A stretch of 64,000 nucleotides of DNA, from the NCBI GenBank assembly GCA_965153285.1, contig OZ229111.1. One strand, 5' to 3'. Numbering within the stretch: position 1 is the first letter of the stretch; each line of letters opens with the position of its first letter. Made by a program: the position numbers and the translations under genes. This DNA is from Podarcis tiliguerta. Lineage: Eukaryota. A model generated the notes under the pieces. It did not search any database, had not been told where the DNA came from, and was given only the letters and a program-made list of their open reading frames with translations. Positions 49,414-61,030 of this stretch are shown here, in pieces.

Positions 49414-51057
49414 TACAGACAAACAAGCAACTGCAGAATGGTTTGTTTATATGGGCTCACATGCCCTGTCAAGTAGTTCCATGAAGACTGTGATATGCTG
49501 TTGCCTAATAAGTGATTATCTATATGCACCCCGACTTGTTAACTGTGTCTGCATTTCCCTTCTAAACAACAACCAAAATGGCACCTTCATTCTAACCAGC
49601 TATGCTTCTTTCTGTTGTAAAGAACAAGTCCAAGATGCTTCTATGAAACCTCAACCTCACAAGCTCCACTGAACAATGATACTGTCCAAGACTGTACTGC
49701 ATAAGCCTTAATGGCAAAGCAAGCTAGGGCAGTTCTGCTGCAGAAAAACTGCAGTCACCTGTCAGGAAAGGAAGGGTGGACAACCCTGTTTCCCCACTCA
49801 CCTAAAGCAAGACGAGTTGCCCAATCCCTTGACATCCCTGGATAGCTATTAGCCGGCTACTGCCTTTGGTTAAAGTCAGCACTGTCAGCTTCGACACACC
49901 CTACTGATAAATGTTCAAGGCCTGGACCAGGAGATAATCAGAACCATATGGAAGGGGATGAAGGGGCCCCCCTTTTAACCCTTTCTGACTTTAAGGGACC
50001 AGAGCTTTAAAAAAAAAAATTTTATTTGCTTGCAGCTTTAACAAGGAACAGAAAAGAGAAAGGAAAAAATAAGCAAACTACTGAAAAAAGAGAAAATAAA
50101 AATATACTATTAACAAATTGCCATATGTTCCCATTGCAAATACAATGGCCATCAGTACATAGATTTTAAAATAGACATGATAGTTAATATAGGTGTTCAA
50201 TATGTCCAGATAGGTATCTGCATGAGATTGGTGCCTATATCAAATATGTAACCAAGGAAGTAAGGTCTCTAAGCCATTGTGTAATAGATGGTGGATAGCA
50301 AAAAAGTATAAGTTTCTTAGCCACCATAAGGACTCAAAGTCCACTTTTGTTATTCAGCCATTAATCCCCATATGGTTAAAATCTGGATCTGAAGGAACCA
50401 TTTGTTCATACAATTTAGGAGGGAGGTATAAAATTCTAATTCACTTCATAAATTCCTGAGGAAATCCAAATTTTTACAAAGTGACAAATAAAAACTGCCA
50501 ATATATTTTGTCAAATGATTTTTCAGCACCCAAAGAAATAAGCTGAGTCGGATCCATTCAAGAACTATTTAAAGCTACCAGGAAGACGCTTGGGTAAATT
50601 CATAGTTATTATTGATTGTTTTCAGAGAGAAATAAACAGAAGTAGCCAAGTTGTGAAGCAAGTGGTTAAGAAAATGGAGTATTGTGGTGAAGGCAAAAAC
50701 ATAATAGCACAGCTTCAGTCTATTAGTTTATTTGTTTCACCCATAGGCTATGATAAAATTGCAAAACCAAAACAACCTAGCACTGCCACAATCAATAGGC
50801 ACAGAGCACAACTTCATAAAATGCATGATTAAATTCAGATTGATCCAAATGACTTAGAAGCATAGAGGGGTTAATACAGGGGCTCATTTCATCCAGGGTT
50901 TGGCATGACCTTGTTGTAATCTGCAAATAAAATTAATCCTCATTTCTTCTGCAAATCTGACCAGGGATCTCAATTCTTCAATAACTGGAGGAGGAACTTC
51001 CCACCCCACCGTTAGTAGGCAGGTAAAGAAATGGCACAGAATAGTCTCAGGCAGCTA

Positions 51058-51203
51058 TTAGCTGGGATTGCTCAATCGGTAGAGCATGAGACTCTTAATC
51101 TCAGGATCATGAGTTTGAACCCCATGTTAGGCAAATGATTCCTGCATTGCAAGGGGCTAGATGACCCTTCTGGCTCCTTCCAACTCTAGGATTCTATGAT
51201 TCT
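51058..51203 (+). mobile_element. tRNA-Lys-derived SINE with CR1-like tail
   Basis: GCTCAATCGGTAGAGCATGAGACTCTTAATCTCAGG head; tail CCTTCCAACTCTAGGATTCTATGATTCT. Confidence 0.85.
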
Positions 51204-51251
51204 GTCTAGTCTTAAATTGGGGAAGGCATTGGGTAACCAACTGGGGACGCC

Positions 51252-51327
51252 GCTTCAGGTTAAGAACAGTTTCAGGTTAAGTACAGACCTCCAGAACGAA
51301 TTAAGTACTTAACCCAAGGTCCCACTG
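51252..51327 (+). mobile_element. Truncated Tigger/pogo-like MITE (right end only)
   Basis: Matches the 3' third of 9785-10029 and ends CCACTG-TA. Confidence 0.8.
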
Positions 51328-52565
51328 TACAGGACAGAGAAAAGCTGGACCTGATGCACACTTACAAGCAATCTATATGGGACCAGAAATTATAACTATG
51401 TAGGAAGCTTGAGGTGATAGTTACATATGCCAAAATCCACCATCAAACCACCTCAGTCCCAAGGGGGAGGGGAAACATGCTGAAAATTCAATGTCTACAC
51501 CAGCATTTTCCAACCTGGTACTCTCTAGCTGTTGCCGATGACAACTCCCATTATTCTGACCACAGGCTGTCTTGGCTAGGGATGATGGGAGTTGTAGTCC
51601 AAAACCTCAAGAGGGCACCAGATTGGGGAAAGGTGGTCTACACTATCACCGTTGCTATTTATCATTTGTGTGCAAATTACTTTATTATGCTTCTAAACTT
51701 CCTGTCCACCCCCCATCTTCATCCCTGTCATTCAGCACTCCTGACAGACTCATGGCAAAGGGAATGAATACTCAGTGTGGCCTTGAATAAACTTGGATTC
51801 CAGCAGATGCTTCACAGGTCCAAGTTCACACTCCCAACTGTTGAACTGTATCAGCAGCTAATCAAAATCACACCGGACTGGACCAACAACTGCGTTAATT
51901 TTATTCCTGCTGCAGCAGAATGACTTCAAGGGCCGCATCTGCCCACAGATCGCAGCAGTTGCCTTACCCTGACGGACAGGTGCAAAGGATCCTAGGCAGG
52001 GCACCCTGGAGCAGCTGAGCCACCTGAGAGAGCTCCGTCACCTCAGCTAGCCCCAATCAGAAGCCAAGGAGGAAGCAGCCTTGGAAGGCAGCCAAGCTGC
52101 TACGCTGGGCCACCCGTCCTTCCCCTGCTATGCTCGCAGAAACTGTGATCCATTAGGCTGGATGCAGCCCAAATGTGTTGGTGGGGATTAGCATGGAACA
52201 ACGAAGATGCTGCCATGATAGTGTCAAATGAGCTACCATAGACAGACAAGCTTTTAATTTGTTTATTTTTAAAGCACAGAAAGCAAACCCAAAGCAGAAC
52301 TGTACAGAAAAGCAAGGCTATTGTTACAGCTGGCAGACAATGGCTCAGTCGAACAGCTCAGAACAATTTGACAGCGTTGTTTCAGACGTCACGTTTGTAG
52401 AAAAGCACTGCTGTGCCTGATGAAATGTGTTAGGACATCCTGGCTTTTGGGTTGCACAAGAGACCAAATCTGTTTGCTATCTCCTATTAAAAACAGCAGA
52501 GTCGTGGAAATGCCAAAGACTGAAAAATACAAGCCTAGAAAAGGACAAGGACTGAGGCTTTAGGG

Positions 52566-53341
52566 CATGGGTCGGCAAACTAAGGTCTGTGGGCCAGATC
52601 AGGTCCTAGATGTGGCCCGCGGACGGTCCAGGAATCCAGGCAGCTGGCACAGCACGTGGGCACAATGGTTTTTGCGACTCAGCCAGGCTTGGGGGTCAAA
52701 AGTGAGGTGGGTAGCTGCTTGAGACAAGCCCCTTCTCCGTCCGTCACGCACAACAATATTTTCTTATGGGGTGGGGGTGGGGAAGAGGGAAAAGGAGCCA
52801 CAGTTTGGAATTCCACCACGGAGCTACCGGCGACTGACCTCAGGAAGGGCAGTTGGAGCGCCTGGGCGGCTGCACTCCAAAGCAGTTCTGCACTCTGCTG
52901 GGAAGGCTGCTTGTTAGCTATATGGTGCGAGCCATGGAAAGGTAAATAGCCACCGCCTCGTCTTCCCTCACGTGGGGAAAAGAAAGTCTTTGCTTGAGTG
53001 ATGCCGGCCTGACTAAGCGTGGCCAACGGCTTTTCCCTTCACCCACACATGCGCAAATACTCTCCAGGGCTGACAGGAATGGCACGCTTACCTCAGCCCC
53101 CCACCCCACCTTATGAGAGAAATAATAACTGTCAATGCATAAAACACAAAGGAAGCAGTGTGGGTGTATGAGGGACCCCCCCCCCCAAAAAAAGTCACAT
53201 TTGGGCAACATTGGGGTTGGTCCCAATAAGGGTTTTTGCCAAAAATGCGGGTCATAATCATGGCAACATATAGTCTGCCCCCCCCACAAGGTCTGAGGGA
53301 CAATGGACCTGCTCCCTGCTGAAAAAGTTTGCTGACCCCTG
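52566..53341 (+). mobile_element. Non-autonomous hAT (Charlie-like) element, 776 bp
   Basis: TIRs CATGGGTCGGCAAACT / AGTTTGCTGACCCCTG; perfect 8-bp TSD CTTTAGGG (52558-52565, 53342-53349). Confidence 0.85.
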
Positions 53342-56300
53342 CTTTAGGGCTATGGCAGAACAGAGCATAGAGAGAGGAGGAAAGGGAAATTGATTCCTGC
53401 TCCATAGGAGCCAGCTAGACTGCAAAATAGCTGGGATGCTAAACACTACTGAATCATCACCCAAAGCAGCAGGCGTGACATCAAGGGAGCAGCCACTCAA
53501 GGGTTAAGAGGCTTCTGGCTCAAAGCCCCATACAAGGAGAGAGCTGAACTGGTGGCACCAGCCAGATGAAAGCAGATTGCTGAGTACACAGCTGGGCCCC
53601 ACAATGAACAGAGCAGCACGCGGCACCCAGGAAGGGAGGCTGGAGCAAGCATTCTGCACCGCCAACTCCAGGGGTTGCTAGCTGCCAATAAGGAACGCAG
53701 GCACTCCAGCCCCAAAACAGACAACAGGGCAAAGGGTTTCCTCTCACATGGTGTCCCTCGCAAGAACACTAATTTACCAGCAAAACTAGCAAGAGGGGGA
53801 GAGATGCATGTGCGAACTTTAACATACGCATCCGGCTGAGGTTCTGTTTATTCAGAGAGGCTGCAAACGCTTTGCTCCGCAGATGCCAAAAGAACAGTAC
53901 ATTGAGTTCTGCCCAGCTGCAAGGAGAGAGTGGCTTGGCACCATTTGGGGGCTGGGGTGGCTCCTGAAGGCATGTCAGGGCGGTCCTCACCAACACCTTC
54001 ATGCCACCTAGTGCAGCCTAATCCAATTAAGCCTCAAATCTACTACAGCACAGGACTTCCGCCTTCAGGAGTGTGATTAAAGGCAGCTGTGGCTTCAGAC
54101 ATCCAGCCAGCTTTCCCTCCCTCCTTTCCACCCATCCCCATCTGCTTTGTTTAACACCCAGCCTGATGAGGAGTTCTGCATCACTTAAAAGCCACCTCAC
54201 TATTTTGTGAATCCTAATAAAGTAATTGTCTTCTTACTGGTTTGCAGATTTTTCTAGTGTACCACCACTGCTGCCTCGGCTTTCCCAATGCTAATTGCTG
54301 CACTGGGGTTGGGAATTTCACGGAGACTGTTGGCTGGGGAAGAAGAGCTTGCATTTCCCTTTGCTTTGTGCCGATCCTGGTACCTACCTCTTCCTACTAT
54401 TTAATTTTTAAACACAAACCCCGTGATTACTAATCACATGCATAACATGGTGTGTAGTTAGGTTCTAGTGTAGATCATGCCTAGCACTCCTTTCTTTCAC
54501 GGCACTCTTCGGTATGTGGTATTTGCCTTGCCAGGCCTCTGATATTCCTGTCAAGAGCAGCCCATTGGAAAGCAAAAGGCCAGGATTCTTAGGTGGCAAA
54601 GACTTACAAGCTCAGGAGATAAAGATAGACTATGCAAATAGAACAGGTTAAGACTCACAGAACAGAATCCAGCATATGTTTAACACTCCCACTGAAATCA
54701 ACAGGATGTAAAAATGCTTAGCACCCACTGTGCCTTGCCTATAGCAAATGTCTTCTGTAAAGCAATACATGGGTGTTATATAGAGCAGGGATGACGGACT
54801 GCAGGCCTTCAGGTATTGCTGGACTGCAACACCCAACCATTCCTGGCTACTGGCAATGCAGGATGGAACTGATGGGAATCCAGCATCTCTACAGGCAGAG
54901 AGAGGGAGACTAAAAAATGGATTATAACAGGCAAGGAAGCCTGTGAGGAAAAGTCACAACAACATTTGGAGGGTGGGAGGGAAACTTACTGAGATGAGTT
55001 TGGAAGGCAGCTCCAGTGTAAAAGGCGTACTTGACAAAATACAAGAAGAGACAAAATGGTGGTTTCTAAATGAGGACATTTTTGTAAGGGAACTGGCTTT
55101 CTTTTAAGGATACTGTCACAGACCTCTTAAATAGAAAGCATAGAGTACATCTCACCATACAGGCCATCCAGCTAAAATACTGCAATTCAAAGAAATAAAG
55201 AGCACTATCCACACACTGAACTAAAATACCTAGGTGCATAAAAATGTTTTTACCTGGTGTTTAAAACACAACACTGGGTGTTGGGCATACAGACCTAGGA
55301 TGGGCAACCCACAGGCAGACAGCCACCACCACAGAAAAGGCTTGTCCTCTTAGAAACAAGGGGAGAAAAGAGCAGTTTCAATTATGGCTGAAAACATATG
55401 GAAGCCTGAGATCTGTTTCACGTAGTCCATGCCAGACAGCAGCCTATCTACTGTATTTTAAACCAAATCAGCCTTCCGAGAGTTCTTTCACCCCACAAAC
55501 AATGCAAGGCAGTAGCCAAGCCAAAGATGCTACTCGAGCATGGATAACTGTGGCCAGGCTATTGTCGATTGCCACAGTACAAAAAGGCTTCAATTTCCAA
55601 AAGGTTTCTAGAACCACAACACATGCTTCCAGCACTTCCTCCATAATAACATTCTAAAAAGACCTACTTGAGCATGGCAGCACCCAGGATACACATGCTT
55701 CCAGACTGTTACATAAGCAGCATCAGCTTATATCTGTGGAGAGAGTATTGCATGCTTTCCAGATGACACCAAGCTGAAAGACAGATGCTGATTCCCAGAG
55801 AGTTCCACAGCACACAGGTAAGAAGCAGGTGCTTCTCCTGCTGCTGATGTCAAAAAGTAAACATAAAAGGACTGGGACACTTACAGCTGTGTGTTCTTAG
55901 GGGCAAACAAATTTGTTTAGTACACCTGTAAAGGTCACAAAGTGCTCTTTCTTTCTCCCTCCCCCCCCCCACCGCATTGTAGGCAATTTTTAAAGCAGCA
56001 GTGTGCCTTTAAAACAAAAAGAAAAAAGCACAATGCAAAGCCACCCGCCCACAAATGTAATTGTTTCCAACCCTCCAGAAAGACTCCGCTAAATAATTTC
56101 ACTTTATTGTGCCATACGCAACAGAAATTTTGCCTAGATGGCTAGCAATGCTGCTTGGCCCACTGAGCCATACACTGGCCTGGCCTGGGCTATACCAGAA
56201 GGTACAAAAAAGTCACACAGCGGGTAATTCCAGCCAAGGATTATAATTTTACACAGGGGTTGACCAGCGTGAGATACAGTCAATCCAGGTGTCTACAGAC

Positions 56301-57358
56301 TTTGAAGAATTAAACACAGGATAATAAAGCTACCATAATGCATACCTTCTATAATTGCACACTCTCCCGTATTTGCACTATTACACCTTATAACTTGAAG
56401 ATGTCTGGACACAAACAGCTTAGATTGCTTAAAGCAGAGCTTCACTTCTCAAGGTTGTTCCAGTTTCATGTGTAGCAGTAAACAGGAACTACTCAGTGGC
56501 GGCCCATGGCTCTAAAATTATTTTCTAGTTGAGCAATGTAAGGTTCCATCACTGGAGGCCCTTAAGAGCCATTTGTTTAAATCTTAAACAGAGGAATTAA
56601 TTTTAATCTGCTTATCTGATTTCATAATTTTTACTGGAAATGTTTGTGATTTGAATGACCAACAGTAACACTAATTTGGTAATGTTATTGCATCTAAGTA
56701 ATAGGTTATCGACTACACATTGGATTTTTTTATGCCGGAAGCTGCTTTGGGAGAGTTTGACCCTGAGTTTGAGCCTATTATTTGTTTTAAATAAACACTT
56801 CAAAGAACACAGTCGTCAAATGGTTGTTATAAGAAAGCAAAGCATCTGATAAGAGATTTACACCAAGGTATGTAACATATGGTTAGCTTCTTTATGGACT
56901 TGGAAGCTAGAAAGTTTAACCATCACTCTCTGTAGCCTAGATGTTTCCGAGATACGAAAACTATGCCAGGACTCTACTATTTCATGCTGCCACCAGACTG
57001 AAGGCCCCTCTATGCAGAGCAATTTAAATTTTTTATCCCTTATTTTCTATGTACAGAGAACTGTCTTACATGTCTGGGGTCACTAACTTTTTTAAGCCCT
57101 TGGACACATTTGGATTTTTGAGCACATGCAAAGTGCACTAAAGTCACTTCTCTAATCTCCTTCAGATCAGCCTCCCCTCTGCTCTCCCCCCCAGACAAAG
57201 AGAGTGCAAACACACACTTTGCTTTTACAAGGGTAAATATCAGATTGAGTAGAATTAATCTGAACCTTGAAAAGATACAAGCTTGAAGTAGGTACATAGG
57301 AAGCTGCCTTATATACCGAGTCAGGCCAGCTGTCCATCTAGCTCAGTATTATCTACAC

Positions 57359-57494
57359 CAGGCGTAGGCAAACTCGGCCCTCCAGATGTTTTGAGACGAC
57401 AATTCCCACCATCCCTGTCCACTGGTCCTGTTAGCTAGGGATGATGGGAGTTGTAATCCCAAAACATCTGGAGGGCCGAGTTTGCCTATGCCTG
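57359..57494. mobile_element. Young palindromic hAT MITE inserted in an older SINE-like fragment
   Basis: Near-perfect inverted arms of about 55 bp (CAGGCGTAGGCAAACTCGGCCCTCCAGATGTTTTG...); perfect 8-bp TSD ATCTACAC (57351-57358, 57495-57502). Confidence 0.92.
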
Positions 57495-58299
57495 ATCTAC
57501 ACTGACTGACAACAGCTTCATCCATCTCATTACCCATCCATGGGGCTATAAGAGAGAGGTGCACCAAGGGAAGACCTCAAGAGCACCATTGCCAGGACAG
57601 GTAGGCATCACGCTGGCAACCCCTCATGGGGGGGTGGTAAATTATGGGATCTCACCCATCTGAAGTGGCATGGACCACAAAACAGGTTTATGACCTCAGT
57701 AAGAACTAAGACTGCAACAGCAGTGATCTAACTCTTTGACTTCCATCACAGAACAAACAGGAAAAGCCCAGCATCCAACTGTAAGACAAGCTAGATGAGC
57801 ATGCAAATGGAGAGAAGGGTGAGCCCAGATGCCTGAACTGTTGCTTACAAGTAGCCAAGCTATGTTATATAAAAGAAACAAATTCTAAGCAAGGGCATTC
57901 TTTCTTACTAACTGGCCAAAGAAATCAGCAAACTGCAATCAGTTTATCATATGGATTAATCAGATGCATCCCTATTTGCCCCAGGAACTGCTCCGGGGTT
58001 AGAAAGTGGCAACCAGAAGATAAGCATTTCAGAACAAATGTACACTATAGGAACATGCAATTACTTCTGTCAAGCTGTGTTTCTTTCTACCATCCTCTTA
58101 TCTGGAATGCTTAATTTGTGGCTTATTGTTTTCCATTGCTCAACTGCTATAGGCAGCCCTGCTGGATCATACCAAAGTCCCATAAAGGACAATCTCAGGC
58201 TACCCAGAGCGGACAACCAGATGCCTCTATGAAGCCCAGCAGCAAAGGCCAAAGCCACTTCGGGAGTTTCAGAAGCACTTCCACAGCAGGGCAAAACAG

Positions 58300-60010
58300 G
58301 AAGCCTGAACGCATGTGCTTCGCCTCGCACGCAGGGGGATGCATGCACATGAGACAGAGATACACGTGTCACTTTCGGAAACACCGCCATGGTTTTACGC
58401 GTCGGACTAAAGCCCTTTTGGCACTCCGCTCTGAAGTGAAGCGCGGCAGTAGGAAGTGAGAAAGGGAAGGCGCCTTGGGACGGGATGTGCAACTGGAGAA
58501 CGAGGAAACAGAAAAGCCGGGCGGCTTCTCTCAAAGGCCACGTGGTGAGGGGTTGGGGACAGCCGTGCTCCCAATGAGCCCGGAGACCACCCAGTGGGGC
58601 CGAGAGCCCCTCGCACCCTTTGAAATGCCTTCATTGGAGAAGCTCCGCTCGGGCGGCTCCCGCTTCTCTAGTCGAAACGCGGAGGCTGCCTGGGCAGCTG
58701 CCTACTGAGCCCTCCTCGTACCCCATTCCCACATCAACCCCCGGGCCCCTCCGCCCTGCGGAAGAGAGAGATGGGCAGCGGAGAGACTGGTAGGCGCGGA
58801 GGAGGCGGAGATCTGCCCCGCAGGCGAACGCGCGCCAACCTCGTCCGGACCCGCGGCGCAACAGCTGTCCGGGATCCCCGGGCGAAGCAGAAGAAGCAGA
58901 AGCACGCGAGGACCAAGCGCCTGATCCGGATCTCTATTCCTCCTAAGCAGAGTGACTCCCGCGCCCGCCACCCCACCTCCCGGCCAAACCCCGGCCGGAG
59001 GGAAGGCGAGAAGCAGCCCCCGACTCCCCGCGCTCACCTCGGCCGCCCCGGCGGGCTCCGTCGCCCCGGCGTGAGCGGGGCATGGCCGGGCTGGGCGGTT
59101 ATCAGGAGGCGATTCGGGGCCGGGAAGAATCTCTGCGCTGCTGCGGGTTGACGGGGCCGGTCGCTGCCTGACGAGGGAACCACGCCGCTTGCTCCACCAT
59201 CTTCCTTCTCTGGATAGATCACTCGCCCTCTTCCCGCTCCTCCTCCTCCCTCCAAGCGGGTGCCGGTGCCGCCGCCGCCGTGTCCTCTGGGAGCTGGAGT
59301 CCTGGCAGGCCCGCCTTGCTGAGCCAGCGCGCTTTGTGACAGAGCTACGGCTGGACTACGAGCCCCATGATGCTCCGCGCGGCTTGCCCCCACCCCCTAC
59401 AGGGGCTTGCAGGGAAGTGTAGTCCCACGGATCAAGGCGCGCACTAGCAACGCTTGGCAGGGCCCAAACATACTACGACTCCCAGAAGCCTGCGGTCTAC
59501 GTTTCGGCGCCTAGGCTGGACCTGTGGCTTCGGCGTCGCCCGCGCGGCTCGTGCAGAGTTAGGCGCTGGAATGTATTGGCGCTCGCGCTCTCTAGCGGGG
59601 AAATGGCGCGAGGGCGGAGGCGGATTAAATTCCACAACTTTATTATGCAGAAGTTCAGGACGGGTTTCTTCCTAACCCGGCGACGGGAGGGAGGGAGAGA
59701 GATGCACTTGGAGACCGAGGCGTGGATTTCCTCAAGTCCCATTTTGTCACCGTAACTTTAGTTTTATTAACTAAAATGACCGGCATTGCAAAGGAGGAGC
59801 ATTTTGTCCTGCCCTCAGGAGGATGCAGTGGCATTACAGAGCAGGCTGGCTGCAGAAATCGGAGCACAGCCTCGGCGTGGAGGAGCTGCAAGAATTTGCG
59901 TTGCTCCACCCGAAAGAGAGATGTCCGCTGCGGCAGGAGTCGCACGCCCACTAATGGCAATAGTATTCGTCGTGGTCGCCTTCTGGTGGGTGGCGCCGCT
60001 TCGTTTCCTT
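58300..60010. promoter_or_regulatory. CpG island / IFRD2 promoter, probably bidirectional
   Basis: Very high CpG density around IFRD2 exon 1; three ZNF143/THAP11-like motifs (59355, 59404-59425, 59472), E2F-like TTGGCGC, YY1-like AAATGGCG, CACGTG E-boxes. Confidence 0.85.
59038..59083 (-). CDS. IFRD2: IFRD2 exon 1 (interferon-related developmental regulator 2; 437 aa in total)
   Basis: gccATG; MPRSRRGDGARRGGR, similar to the mammalian MPRARKG..RGG; donor GAG|GTGAGC phase 1. The 12 exons sum to 1314 nt with an open frame. Confidence 0.88.
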
Positions 60011-60884
60011 TCTGAAAATTTCAGCACCTTCCCTTCCTGCCACACCTTTTAGTAAAGTTGCTACTAGAAGGCTGCTGTCATTTCAGGTCCACCGCACTCT
60101 TCAGCCTTTCCGAATATGCATGTGTTTAATTATATTTCTGTGCCTGTTCCAGCCTGCTCCGTGGCCTCTCTTCGATGTTCCCACGTCCAGCAGCAGCTCT
60201 CCTCCGGATTTACTAAAACTGTTGCAGAATCCTTCCCTTTTTATTCACCACTGGTAAGCACCATTCTCAAGTCTGCCCCTCCTCCGCCCATACTGACAAC
60301 CCTCGGGGTATTTCTTTTCAGCTGCCATGTTATGTGAAAGGGCGCTCTGTTGAATTTAGTGGGTCTTTTCAAGTTTGGGTGCTTCCAGACAAGAGTTTGC
60401 TGTGGAACTGGCACACAAACATCTTTGCAGTGTCTGGTGTCATCAAAACGGCAGCCTGTACTTCAATAAATATGGAACAAATCTGGGGTTCCCTTTACCA
60501 TGGAAAATCCAATAAATATTTATCACCTGTTACACATCCACAGTCACCACTGGTGTGAAAAGTCATCATTTCTTTTGTTTCATGGTGGGTGGTTTGTCAC
60601 AAGTGTGGTGATGTTTCTGGCAGGTGGTCTGTACTTCTGTTTTGCTCCTTACCTGGGCACAGGGTTTGTTTCCAATGCCAAACAAAAGACACTTGTATCC
60701 ACCTATTGCCACATGCTGAAAGCCTGCCTGGATTCAAACAACCTACTTCGGAGGAGCTATCCTCTCAAGACCTTCACAATGTGCAGGATTACCTTGGAGT
60801 CTGTCATCACAGTACATACACCAGACGTACAATAATCCAGTGATCTTGCGCAAGACCTCATTATGATAGGTCACAGTCCCACAA

Positions 60885-61030
60885 TACATTTAAACTTTTA
60901 AAGCACACTCTTCCCCCAAATAATCCTGGAAACTCTGGTTTGTTAAGGTTGCTGGGAATTGTAGTTCTACAAGGGATAAACTACAATTCTCATGATTCTT
61001 TGGGGAAAGCCATGTGCTTTAAATGAATGG
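60885..61030. mobile_element. Palindromic MITE containing ACTACAATTCCCAGC (minus strand)
   Basis: Inverted arms TAAAGCACA...CCCCAAATAATC / GATTCTTTGGGG...TGTGCTTTA. Confidence 0.55.

Noticed and set aside
50050-50600. AT-rich possible antisense L1 3' relic
   Set aside because: Too degraded to support by eye.
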